A DNA stretch of 64,000 bases from positions 179,428,001 through 179,492,000 of the forward strand of contig OZ024743.1 of NCBI GenBank assembly GCA_964016885.1. The letters run 5' to 3'. The stretch comes from Eledone cirrhosa. Its lineage: Eukaryota. Made by a program: the position numbers and the translations under genes. Shown in pieces: positions 1 through 15,450 of the stretch (positions are counted from its first letter, which is position 1; each line of letters begins with the position of its first letter). A model generated the notes under the pieces. That model was not told the origin of the DNA. It made no database searches and saw only the letters and a program-made list of their open reading frames with translations.

Positions 1-177
1 AAAATTGGTGGTTCGCTATTTCTTCTAATTTTCTTGTATTTGAGGGGCACCCAAAATCCGAAGTACCGTGGGCTCTCCAAGGTCTAAATTTGGCCCTCTC
101 CTAAAAGAGGTATCAATTTTTAACTTATTTGATGCCACATAACATATTCACGACACAGACACACACAAGCACACACA

Positions 178-311
<134 letters not shown>

Positions 312-476
312 TTTATATATATATATATATATTTCCGTCCCACACAAAGTGGTCTTCCTCACTGATTAACACATATCTGTAGGTTCGTGTTTCAATAATA
401 CTAATATGATTAAATTATTGAGTGAGTGAGGAACCGACTGAAGCGGTGCTCATTCTATTCAATAAGTTTCGTTCCA

Positions 477-619
<143 letters not shown>

Positions 620-634
620 GTATATATATATATG

Positions 635-761
<127 letters not shown>

Positions 762-959
762 GTAGATAAATCTACCAAGAGTTTACGGTAGTGTCCAATC
801 CGTATGAAGAACTCAATGTAATCCGGATATCATGGAAAGAAGAGATGCAATGAAAAATCACTTTCGGTGAAAGATAAACAGAATACAGAGTCAAGATAAA
901 ATATTAAAAAAAATAATGAATAAAACAATGAAACAGTTCCTTATGTTAAACAAAAAAAG

Positions 960-1113
960 TTCATTATTTAACGATCGTTTCTAGAATATATATGTGTTAG
1001 AATTGGCATGCATATTCAACAGATCTATGTACAAAATTATACAAAATTATACAAACTATCAAAATTAAATATACATACCAACACATATATATGCCGTCTT
1101 CAGAAATAATGAA
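960..1113 (-). ncRNA. Type I hammerhead ribozyme with very long stem II (PLE 3' region)
   Basis: Minus strand reads TTCATTATTT-CTGAAGA-[cggcATATATATGTGTTGG...CTAACACATATATATtcta]-GAAACGATCGT-T-AAATAATGAA. It has a perfect 10-bp stem I, an intact core and a palindromic stem III (ACGATCGT). Confidence 0.8.
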
Positions 1114-1737
1114 ATATATTTATTGATAATAACAACAATTCAAAATTACAGGTCTGTTTGCGAACAGAGTTCAAATTGACCAATGAAAAGACAAAAAGTT
1201 TATACAGTTAGGTGTGTGTATATATGTAAGTAACTTCGTTCACAGATATGCATAAAAATATATGTTCACATGCATACGCATGCCGAAAAGATGTATGTAA
1301 ATACAAAAATTCAGGGCTAATGTCTCTGTATGTTTATAATCTACAGATAAAATACATATACGCATATAAACATATAAATATAAAAATAAATATATACACA
1401 TTCATATACTCACACATATACATACATTCACACACACACGCGCGTATACGCATAAACATACACACAACCACGAACATACATACACACACACACCCCCACA
1501 CACATATATGTGTATATACTATTATCATAAGCATATGGACATTAATGCGCGCACATAAACACTGCCACACACATTTAGATCCAGATACAGAAAGTAGGTG
1601 GGGGGGGGGGGAAGAGGTCAGTATTTACTGGTGTCAGCAAACTGCCTATTTATAAATGTATCTATAAATTTAGAAATAAAAATAAAAATAAAAAGAAAAA
1701 GAAAAAGAAAAAGAAAAAGAAAAAGAAAAATATTAAG

Positions 1738-1778
<41 letters not shown>

Positions 1779-1804
1779 AAGTAAAATATAAAATATACAT
1801 CGAT

Positions 1805-1869
<65 letters not shown>

Positions 1870-2060
1870 CATATACATACACATATACATAAACACATAC
1901 ATACACATACATATACATACACACACCATATATATACACATACACATACACACACGCATACATATAGAGACACATACATATACACATATAAATACATAGA
2001 CATATACATATATACACACATATATATATACACACATACATATATATACATACATTCACA

Positions 2061-2137
<77 letters not shown>

Positions 2138-2191
2138 TCTATACACATATATAAACACACTCATGTATATACACATATACACATACATACC

Positions 2192-2249
<58 letters not shown>

Positions 2250-2342
2250 TATATACACACACATACACACACACATATACACATACACATATACAAAGAT
2301 ATATATATATATACACACACATATTTAATAAATATATATATA

Positions 2343-2384
<42 letters not shown>

Positions 2385-2676
2385 TATATACATACATATA
2401 TATACATACTCATACATAGACATACATATATACACACACACATACACACATACATATACGCATATATACACATACATACACATCCATGTATGCGTATACA
2501 CATACAAACACAACCACACGCTCACACAACTCAGACATACATAAATAAAGGGATATACATACACATATATACATATATAAATAGAGATATATATACACAT
2601 ATAAATATATACACACATACACACACACACACATATACATACACACACATACATACATACATACATATACACACAC

Positions 2677-2723
<47 letters not shown>

Positions 2724-2815
2724 TATAAAAATAAAGAAATAAAATAAATAAATAAATAAATTAATACACACAGCCAGACAAATATGCACACAGATACATG
2801 TACATATATATACAT

Positions 2816-2885
<70 letters not shown>

Positions 2886-2940
2886 GTATATATATATATA
2901 TATACATACATATATATATACACACATACACACATCAACT

Positions 2941-2991
<51 letters not shown>

Positions 2992-2994
<3 letters not shown>

Positions 2995-3163
2995 TATGTA
3001 TATTTAATCTTGATAGTTTGTATAATTTTGTATAATTTTGTACATAGATCTGTTGAATATGCATGCCAATTCTAACACATATATATCCTAGAAACGATCG
3101 TTAAATAATGAACTTTTTTTGTTTAATATAAGGAACTGTTTCATTGTTTTATTCATTATTTGT

Positions 3164-3170
<7 letters not shown>
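2992..3170 (+). repeat. Inverted partial copy of the ~900-1080 PLE terminus (3' half of the HHR only)
   Basis: Near-identical reverse complement of ~900-1080. It contains GAAACGATCGTTAAATAATGAA, but the CTGAAGA half is replaced by (TA)n. Confidence 0.85.
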
Positions 3171-3207
<37 letters not shown>

Positions 3208-3317
3208 TCACATATACATGCGCATATACGTACATATATACACATACACACATATACACATAGACGTATACATGCGCATACATATACATACACACATATA
3301 CCCACATAAATACATAG

Positions 3318-3420
<103 letters not shown>

Positions 3421-3679
3421 ATCATACACCCTTATTTACATGCGCACATATGTATTTTTATACTCACATACAAACACCCAAACATACATACCTACCTACA
3501 TATACATACATACATCCATGCTTACAAATACAAATAATAATAGGGGGGGGAAGGGGATTATAGTAAATATAGGTTTCAAGAAACATAGAATATTAATCTG
3601 CATTTAGATCATAATATGTGTTTACATAGTAGTTTCAGTATTAGGAAATGTAAGAAAGAAGGCAAAATTATGCATTTTA

Positions 3680-4690
<1,011 letters not shown>

Positions 4691-5518
4691 TAATTAATTC
4701 CTGTCGTTTATTTAATAGGATATCCTTAGATTTCATTATTTCAAATAGTTCTTGGGAACATAATCTACATTCATTTCTATTATTTTGATAAGGGGTGGCT
4801 CTTTTGAGCACACTCCAGGTCATATCATATTCTACATTCTTATTTTTATAACTATTGATTTTTTCTGCTAGAGATGTTGTATTAGCCAGTGCGGCATTTT
4901 TAAAACTATGTTTGTGGGTATTAAACCTTACCTTAAAATTGTTAGAAGTAGCTCCTATATATGAGCAAATAGAATCTTTAGTTTTAACATTACATTTATA
5001 AACTATGTTGTTAACAAGACAATTTCCTTTTAATGGGCAGTTTGCTTTGTTTCTACAGTAACAACTTTTCGTTAATTCTGTATTTGAGGAGATATTATGG
5101 TTAGTTTGATGTATTGGTGGTATACTTATGGTATTCTTACATTTATATGCATTATAGGCACTTATATTTTGTTTTATGTTATTGGTTGTTGAGTATGAGA
5201 ATTTAACTGTAGACCTATTTAAGATTTGATGGTATTTGTGGTTTGGCGGGAAGTTTTTCTCTAGGATATAAAAAAATTTTTTAGCAATATTATCCTTAAT
5301 TTGTAAATTAAATGGAGCATTATACCAAGTAACTCGTCTATTACGGTTTCTATGTTGTTTATTATTTTTATAGGTTGTATCGTGATGTTTACTAGGAGGA
5401 TTAATGTTAATGATCTCACCACGCACATTTTTAGTTAGATTTATAGATTTAGGTGTTTTATCTTGTTTATTAGGAGTTTTATTATTAACATTTATTAGAG
5501 TTGTATTTTTTTTATATT

Positions 5519-6805
<1,287 letters not shown>

Positions 6806-6812
6806 TATATAC

Positions 6813-6843
<31 letters not shown>

Positions 6844-6885
6844 TATATATGTATATATATATACATGCATATATATATATGCATA

Positions 6886-7050
6886 TGATGGCTGCCCCCT
6901 CGTTATCGAGTATGGCCATTGCAAGATATACCATTATTAATAATTATTAATTAATTCTATCGTGCAATACCTGTTCGTGAATATATTTTTTAAAGTGAAG
7001 AAAGACTGTGCACTGAGCCAATCCCATTTTTATAAAACTTACACTATATT
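6886..7050 (-). mobile_element. 3' end of an RTE-derived non-autonomous element
   Basis: Reverse complement of 24070-24208 (ends GAGGGGGCAGCCATC). Confidence 0.65.
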
Positions 7051-7186
7051 TACAATATAGTGTAAGTTTTATAAATACTAATACATTAAAACATAGGGTT
7101 TTTACGCCTCGAATATATCTGGATATTTTTTCCTCTCTCTATATTTTTTCTCTCTATATATATCTCCCTTACATTAATACTTGAGC

Positions 7187-7221
<35 letters not shown>

Positions 7222-7556
7222 ATGTATCATTGATACATTTACTCAAAATGACCTCCCACTACCTAATTTTCTATATATATATGTATCTATCTCTATTTCC
7301 TCTCTCTCTATATATATATATCTCTTTCTGTTTCTTTACATGAAGTTCTTCGCTTTATCTATCTTTCCATCTCTCTATTTTGTTCCATGCATTTCTTCTT
7401 TTTCTTCCTTTTCTTCGTTTTCTGTCTTTCTTTCTTTTTTCTCTCTTTCTTTCTCTCTGTGTAAAATCTTTTCACTGCCAGCTTAAACCTCTTCAAATGG
7501 AAGTCGGTGTTATAACGGTATGTCGAATCTATTTATCTATAAAACTGTTTATATTG

Positions 7557-7622
7557 TATTTTGTCTGAGGAAGGCATAGCATATTGTTAATATGATATCC
7601 CCGAAATATATATAATGAAATA
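7557..7622 (+). ncRNA. Type I hammerhead (same family as 40126)
   Basis: TATTTTGT-CTGAGGA-aggcatagcatattgttaatatgatatcccc-GAAATATATAT-A-ATGAAATA. The downstream tail matches 40190-40228. Confidence 0.65.
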
Positions 7623-7705
7623 AATATGGTTTTATAAATATAGTTTCCATTTATTTAATATTATATTTATATATATATATATTTATATATATATATTTAT
7701 TTATA

Positions 7706-7788
<83 letters not shown>

Positions 7789-8306
7789 TACAACACCAGA
7801 GGTCTGACAAGCTTTTGATTCCAGAGTCGGGCCAGATCGATACAGATCGAACCTTGAACTGATCAATAGCGTAACGTGCGTCAACAATCAAGAAATATAA
7901 TGAACACTAAACAAATCGTCCTTGTATTATTATATTTACATCCTGTTTAGCTCTAAACCTCGCCGTAGACGTGAATCTAAACATGGTGTGCACACCTAGG
8001 TGAACCTCCAGTAACATCACGGTACACTGACTGGATATATATATATATATAAGAAAGTAAGTCCATAGAATCATTTGATAAAATATATACAGTATTTCTC
8101 CTCCCAATCACCATAATCAACCACATAAAAAATCAATTAAACGAGGCTATAGTTAGCACCCCAAACGTTTAATTGGGAATATACTCAGGTATTTCCTAAT
8201 GTTTGTTGAGCGAGTTGGAATTTTGCCGGAGTATCGCTTTTAGCTTTCTCCGATTATGTATATATATATAATTGGGAATTTGATTTTATATGTATTTGTA
8301 ATGAGC

Positions 8307-8352
<46 letters not shown>

Positions 8353-9151
8353 TCATTACAAATACATATAAAATCAAATTCCCAAATTTATTTTGTGACA
8401 GACATCCTCAAATATATGATCATTGGAGAATACTGTACCATTATATCTTATTTTCAATCCTATTGTACAGTTGCCTAAATAATATCATGTGCTCTGTCAT
8501 AAACATATTGAACGTTATTGAGATAATTATTGCTTAAAGTTTCTAGCGAATCGAACGTCTATATAGTGTCAAACTACTTGTTTCGAGGCTATTTGCCAAA
8601 GAAAAGAAAGAGAAACAATGCCAGATATTAAAACATTCGAAAATATGTTTATAGAATGTGAACGAGGCAATAAAATACTCTGCTTCTTTATTATTAATAC
8701 TTCAGTGATTGGAAGGCGATCCAATTTTTATATATTTCAAATATCCCATGTAAGTGTTCAGTATAGAATATTTGTTAATTTCTTTGCGGATATATTTCAA
8801 GTGTTTTCAGAATTGGAAAATAACAAAGCTACCGAAGCAATATATACACCTCCTCAGCGTCACCCTTTTGGTAGTCCAAACGTTACTATTAATTACACGA
8901 TATATAAAAATATTATCTCATCGAATGCTATATTAAATTTTCACATATTTCTTCCAGCTATGTATTAGTCCTAAATACATTAGAATATTTCGTAATTGCC
9001 CTTATGCATCTACTTCTACAAGTATCATTCAGAGAAGTTAAGAATTATATACTCGAAATAATAATTGAAGCCCACGCACACAGATATTTGAGAGAGCGTG
9101 TTTGTGTGTATCTACCTATGTATATATGTATATATTTATATATATAGGTAT

Positions 9152-9215
<64 letters not shown>

Positions 9216-9304
9216 CTCTAGTTCATTAGCTTATTTGGAGCGCTTGCCACATCTCGGAAGTTGTTTTTCGCTAATTTCCAATAGCCGAAATACGATTCTC
9301 GCTA

Positions 9305-9338
<34 letters not shown>

Positions 9339-9442
9339 CTCTATATGCTGTAGCTCTAGTTCATTACCTTATTTGGAGCGCTTGCCACATCTCGGAAGTT
9401 GTTTTTCGGTAATTTCCAATAGCCGAAATACGATTCTCGCTA

Positions 9443-9509
<67 letters not shown>

Positions 9510-9516
<7 letters not shown>

Positions 9517-10196
9517 GTGAGGTTTTGTTTTTACAAAATGAAAAATAACCGAGGTGTCCTACACGAGTGGAAGTATAAAGAAAAAGGGATGAAATCGAAA
9601 ATGCAACTGAATTCTTATTTTTTTTTTAAATATATATATTTATTTGGTTCCTTTACCGGTTTCGCAGTTCTTCTGCTTTTCAAAAGCTGAGTTGAGATGG
9701 AGGGTCTGTGGTTTTTCTCACATCTGGTTGGTCTCTAAATGTTACTTGTTTTATATGGAAAAAGTGGCTCGAAAGCCAGGTTGTTCGAGAAGTAATTTGA
9801 TTGGTTTGTCAATAATTATAATAAATTTCGCGCCAGTTCGTGTTACAATAGTTCTTCAAATAAGAGAGGGGAGGGGGGGTTGTCACAGGTTGTTTTTTCA
9901 TATATGAGTGTTTGAATTTCTTTTTACTTGAAAAAATGAGGCTCACGAAGGCTTTTTTTTGGTTGGTTATAAATGAAATTTGGCTGTCACGTGAACAAGT
10001 TTTCATCACATTTTTGCGCCCTTATTTGGAAAACTATTCTGTAGTCTTTATAGTGAATGTTATGACAATGGAGAGATAGTGGTCAAGGGAAAAGGGATTG
10101 GGAGAAATGTTCTGGTTCAGTGAATATAGCCAGCTGTTCAGGTGTCAGAGTTCAGATTTTCTATTGAGACTGAAGATATGTGTTTATTTGTGTGCT

Positions 10197-10227
<31 letters not shown>

Positions 10228-10350
10228 ATGTGCGTATTGGAAGATGATTCTATTAGTAGAGATGGGGGAGGGAGTTGTGTGTGTGTGTATATGGGTGTTA
10301 TGTGTGTGTGTGCGAGTATGTTAGATGGAGAGAATATATATTTTTATATA
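9510..10350 (-). mobile_element. Non-coding 3' end of the Neptune-like PLE (copy of 30930-32147)
   Basis: Highly similar reverse complement of the 3' UTR of the 29.8-32.1 kb element, including its CA tracts. It ends in (TA)n. Confidence 0.85.
9649..9686 (-). ncRNA. Minimal hammerhead, U3-A8 variant
   Basis: CTT-TTGAAAA-GCAGaagaaCTGC-GAAACCGGT-A-AAG. Confidence 0.7.
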
Positions 10351-11384
10351 TATATATATAGTACTAATAACACATTTGAAGACCAGATTCCAAAGAGGGC
10401 TTGATAAGGATAAATATATATCAGATATATAAGAACCGTAGAGCAAATATTTAGTGAAATAACAGATTAAAGTTTAAGCAAAGAATCGCTGCTTTCACCT
10501 AAACTTTAATCTGTTATATATATGTGTGTGTGCATTGTGCATGAGTGTGTGTGTATTAAGACGGCTTGTTATGGTCTTGTGATCGATTGTCGAACCTGGC
10601 GATATGTTGTGTCCAACTAGCTTGAGAAAATAAATACAGACCTCACTGGAACAATGTTGCATCGGATTACGCTTATTCTATCTCCTCTACTATAATCGCC
10701 CTTATTAGGGCGAACAACATTTTGTGGTTAGGAATCGACCCCTTAAACTCCTTCTCAGTTGAGTCACGAACTTAATCTCTGTGAGATTTGATGGGCTAAC
10801 AATGATGTCATTCACATCTTACAGAAGCAAAAAGCCTCAGATTTCGAGATGTTTGATAGTCGTTTACATCCAACCTAATCTGTGATACGTATATTATTTT
10901 ATCCAACATGAGAGTTTGAAAGGCAAACTTGAACTTGGTGAGATAATTTACTTGAAACATAAAGGAGCGTATTAAAATATTTAAAGGAATTTTGTTTTTA
11001 TAATCGATTCTGCCAATACACAGATTTATATTAATATTATTTTTGATATTATTCAAGTTAAGGATTGAAAGAACGTCGAATAAAATGTCATTGTCATATG
11101 AGCTTTGGCTATTTAAATTCTGAGTTCATATCTTGCTGGAGTGAAATTTGCATTTATTCCCTCCAGTGTTAATACAATAGAACACCAATCAAGTATTAGG
11201 TTTATTTAAACAACCCTTAGCCACAAATTTACTAGTTGTGTGCCTAAATTAGAAATCAAGACATTAACCTCGCCATCCACTGATCACTGCGTAATTTTCG
11301 TTTTCAATAAACTGTAACCAGTATTGCTGATTAGTCATTCATGTTGTAAAGGGAAGTTAAAGAAAAAGTGTGCAAAAATAAATG

Positions 11385-11598
11385 GTGTCTTATATAGGCA
11401 AGAGGCCAGCAATTTGAGGGGAGAGGAAAGTCGATTAAATCGACCCAAGTGCGGGAGTGGTACTTTATTTTATCGACTTCGTAAGATCGAAAGGCAAAGT
11501 TAACCTCGCGGTATTTGAACAAAAATCATAAAGGGCCGGAATTCTATGCTGCAAAGCATGTCGTCCGACCCTCTACCGATACTACCAATACACCGTCC
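11385..11598 (-). mobile_element. tRNA-derived SINE (octopus-like)
   Basis: Reverse complement of the 58422-58690 family: GTTCAAAT B-box, then CGAGGTTAACTTTGCCTTTC...GTCGATAAAATAAAGTACCA. Confidence 0.75.
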
Positions 11599-11759
11599 TA
11601 AAAGTGTGGAAAAATAAATAAAACTAAGAAACCGAAAAAATAACAACAATGAATTATTGTGAGTAAAATATTCCAGGTTCAAAACTGTATGAAATGACGT
11701 CTCATGAATGTATACATTGAATACGTAGGATTAACTGATAACGAGTTTTTGTAGTAGAG

Positions 11760-12370
11760 ATGTTGGTGGTGGGGTTGTGGTGGTCATGGTGGTGGTGATG
11801 GAGTGGTGGTGGTGGTGTTGGTGGTGGCAGTGGTGAATTTGGTGGTGGCGGTTGTGGTGGTGGTTGTGTTGGTGGTGGTGGTGGTTGTGGTGTTGGTGGC
11901 GGTGGTGGTGTGGGTGGTGGTGATGGTGTTGGTGGTGGCAGTGGTGGCTTTGGTGGTGGCGGTTGTGGTGTTTGTGGTGGTGGTGGTGGTGGTGGTGTTG
12001 TTGGTGGTTGGGTGGTGGTGGTGGTGGTGGTGGTAGGTGGTGTTGTTGGTGGTTGTGTGGTGGTGGTGGTTGTGGTGGTGGTAGTGGTGGTTGGGTGGTG
12101 GTACTGATGATGATGATGAGAATGATGATGATCATGATAATGCTGAAGGTGGTGATGATGATGATCATGATATAGGTGATGATGATGATCATGTTGTGGT
12201 GCTGATCATTATGCTGATGATAATGCTAAAGTTGGGGGTGGTGGTGATTAAAATCGTGATATTGGTGGAGGTGATACTGATGATATTGATGATCATGATA
12301 TTAATGGTGGTGATGATGATAATGCTACTACACCAATTGACGATGAAACTACTGCTGACGGTATACATAA
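11760..12370. repeat. (GGT)n/(GAT)n low-complexity triplet tract
   Basis: Degenerate GGT then GAT triplets. These produce spurious poly-His, Val, Gly and Asp ORFs. Confidence 0.9.
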
Positions 12371-12656
12371 AGATGATGACAAATTCTAATTATGTTGTTT
12401 TCAATAAAGTAGAAACCGTATAAAGCAACTGATATAAGTTTCTTTATCAATGTCTACCCTAAAGGTTAGGCTTCATGCCGTTTATTAAACACACTGGTTT
12501 AGGGTAAGTTACGCACGCTCACGTAACTACACATTTATAGTTTCTCTCATTCCGCCTCGCTTCTTCTGTAATCCTTACTCTACAAATCTATTATACTCTC
12601 TCGTTCTTTGATGTACTTAATATACAAAGCTTAAACTCATATACAGATACATATGC

Positions 12657-12711
<55 letters not shown>

Positions 12712-12715
<4 letters not shown>

Positions 12716-12841
12716 TGGCTACACAAGAGCACAAAAGTTAGTTCACCATACCGAGAACAATTGTTTCACCTTAGCGGATCCTCAACTCGTCCCATGGACT
12801 GAGTGCTCTACCCAAACGAATATTTCCTTCCAGTGTTCTAC

Positions 12842-12846
<5 letters not shown>
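12712..12846. mobile_element. Mini inverted remnant of the Hydra-like PLE terminal repeat with a degenerate HHR
   Basis: 12751-12789 (-) is the HHR with core TTGAGGA. The sequence then switches strand to the + terminus CTCGTCCC...CAGTGTTCTACCACTA. Both sides are (TA)n. Confidence 0.75.
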
Positions 12847-12911
<65 letters not shown>

Positions 12912-13101
12912 CATTCAAAATATTAACAAATGAAAGATATTCACATAATCAAATCATATGGTTTATTATAAATATCTCAAAGAAACTGTGTTGTTTTTTC
13001 AGTACGTTTTCATCAAATAAAATATGTGATTTGATATATGACATACCGCTACGGTCTTGATTATACAATTCCACAACGAACCATATTAATCTTTGGTTAT
13101 T

Positions 13102-13150
<49 letters not shown>

Positions 13151-13167
13151 GTAATGATATGTATACA

Positions 13168-13203
<36 letters not shown>

Positions 13204-13210
<7 letters not shown>

Positions 13211-13614
13211 GTAATCCCAAAAGTAAGCTCTCCAAAGCGATGGGGACGCAGAGAAACTGTTCGTACGGCTGTTGGCAACACTGTTGTGATTGGTGCTCCT
13301 TCAATCCCAAACAAGCATGCGCGCGCTTCGCTGGGATGCTCAATCTTGGCTTGGCAGCCGTTGAGAATGGAGCTCCCGTTGAACGCTACCGCCAAGTGCG
13401 AATTTCGCGCAGTTATTATATAAATGGCAATCCCAAAAGTAAGGTCTCCTTCCGAGGAAAACATGCGTAAAGATCGGCGGATCACTCTGGATGCTCTCTG
13501 CATTTTGGTACCTGCGGTTTCCCGAAGCACCATCCACAGGATCTTAACGGAAAAGTTGCAATATCGGAAGTTGCAATATCGGAAGGAGACCTTACTTTTG
13601 GGATTGCTCTCGTA
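13204..13614 (+). mobile_element. Internally deleted mariner-like transposon (MITE)
   Basis: TIRs (G)TAATCCCAAAAGTAAG ... CTTACTTTTGGGATTGC lie in a TA context, with a second left TIR at ~13420. An HTH remnant reads DRRITLDAL...VSRSTIHRILTEKLQYRK. Confidence 0.8.
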
Positions 13615-13654
13615 TATATAAACATATATATGTATGTATATATATTTATAATAT

Positions 13655-13704
13655 GCTTTCCTGATGATTTCTTTTGAATGAAACAGTTCTAGTCATGTAG
13701 AAGC
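13655..13704 (+). ncRNA. Candidate degenerate hammerhead (second copy 35498-35546, minus strand)
   Basis: CTGATGA-tTTCttttGAAt-GAAACA...TGTA-GAAGC. The stem I and stem III registers are ambiguous. Confidence 0.4.
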
Positions 13705-13986
13705 CATTTCTATATTAAACATGATGTATACACTCTTCTAATGTCTTGAGACTCTTTTTCTCTGTGGTTACACCAGTTTTAACGCAGAATATACAAATAT
13801 ATATATATATATGATTCCAATACAAAGGTCTGACAACATGGTGTGTTTGCTTACAGTGTACCTTCGGTTTATGATAATATTTTTATATTATTCAAATAGC
13901 GAGGTATAGGTAACCCATACACTATAGAAACAATTGTTACCTAATAAATTCTGTATACCCGCATTTCCATTTCATAAACTTCTTCC

Positions 13987-14034
<48 letters not shown>

Positions 14035-14109
14035 GGAGGAGTTGTGGTAAGGAACCAGATGGACCATAACGCACCAGAATTCTCAATACTTAGGGTAGTA
14101 GAGTGGGTA

Positions 14110-14235
14110 ATAGGAGAGAGTAAGACCACGACGGCAGAGCTCATGCAGTTTTGACGGCTATTTCTGGATTAAATACTCTGGTCCAGAAATAGCCGTCGAA
14201 ACGGCTTGAGCTCAGCCGTCGGGGTCATACTCTCT

Positions 14236-14240
<5 letters not shown>
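14110..14240. repeat. Fold-back element, ~58-bp imperfect arms, ending in (TA)n
   Basis: ATAGGAGAGAGTAAGACC...CTATTTCTGGA / TCCAGAAATAG...GGTCATACTCTCTCCTAT. Confidence 0.85.
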
Positions 14241-14293
<53 letters not shown>

Positions 14294-14298
<5 letters not shown>

Positions 14299-15020
14299 GT
14301 AGAACACTGGAAGGTAGTATCCGTAGTGGTAGAGCACTCTGTCCAAGGGACGAGTTAGGTAGAAGTGGTTACACAACAGTTAGTTCACCATACTGAGAAC
14401 AATTGTTTCACCTTCGCGGATCTTCAACTCGGAATGTATATGGTTATAGGAACAGGAAGGACAACCGTACGAACGCGCATGCGCAGAAACTCGGTCACTT
14501 CACACAGGCAATAATAGACTGCGTGCGGGGGGTGTAAGGGAGATAACTGCGAAAGTCGGGAAAGTTTTTTGGTTGAAAATAAAATAAAAAAATTTAAAAA
14601 TAAAATTAAAAAAGAATCAGTCCGGAGCCTTGTAGTTATGCAATAGATGTTTGGTGATGTGTGGACAACGTGTGAAAAATTCACTTCTCGTATTTAGGCA
14701 ATCACTATTGCGTAATCTCTTTAGGATAGTTATTCGTTCGTCAATACATAAGCCACACGTCGGATTTCCCCTTGCGTATGGCTTGGACTTAGTGATGGCT
14801 TTCCATTGAATGGAGTACCCTATACTTGAGTCCTTGGGGGAGCATACGTGGCTCGCGAGTCTCGTGGATGAAGTCTGCTCCTTGAATCGGCCCTCCGCCA
14901 TGCCCACATAGGATTTGACCTCCTGTGGTTCGTTTGGTCGGTTGGAAGTGATCCCAGCTTCATAGATTACAGCTGGTGTGTTGCATTGTTGTTGAAGAGG
15001 GCAAGCTTCAGGCTTACGGC
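14294..15020 (-). mobile_element. Inverted 3' copy (EN plus pseudo-LTR plus HHR) of the adjacent PLE
   Basis: ORF 14617-15020 matches 17115-17557 (CRKPE.CPLQQQCN...LLHN.KAPD) with an internal deletion. The HHR at 14393-14432 has core TTGAAGA. The element ends at (TA)n. Confidence 0.9.
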
Positions 15021-15156
15021 AAAAACTTTCCGGACTTTCGCCGTTATCTCCCTTACAGCCCCGCACGCAGTCTACTATTGCCTGTGTGAAGTGACCGAGT
15101 TTCTGCGCATGCACGTTCGTACGGTTGTCTTTCCTGTTCCTATAACCTTATACATC

Positions 15157-15196
15157 CCGAGCTGAAGATCCGCGAAGGTGAAACAATTGTTCTCGG
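15157..15196 (+). ncRNA. Minimal type I hammerhead in the 5' pLTR
   Basis: CCGAG-CTGAAGA-tCCgcgaaGGt-GAAACAATTGT-T-CTCGG, with palindromic stem III. The 3' pLTR copy (17741-17780) has a mutated stem III. Confidence 0.8.
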
Positions 15197-15450
15197 TATG
15201 GTGAACTAACTGTTGTGTAACCACTTCTACCTAACTCGTCCCTTGGACTGAGTGCTCTACCACTACGGATATTACCTTCCAGTGTTCCACCACTATTTTA
15301 CGTCTCCAGCAGCGGTCAGCAGATTCTCTTCACTACGTAGAAGTTTGGCTTTTAGCAGATTCTTCACCACGTGCAAGTTTGGCTTACTACCCTGAGAACG
15401 CGCTATATATCCTCGTGTCCTACACAATTTTGCGTCTCATCAACGTCAGT

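Noticed and set aside
9213-9446. Two ~100-bp copies separated by (TA)n
   Set aside because: No HHR core, TIR or ORF was found, so it is treated as a local duplication.
11731-12423. His/Pro-rich, Val-rich and Asp-rich ORFs
   Set aside because: The triplet repeat tract is open in several frames and has no domain or splice support.
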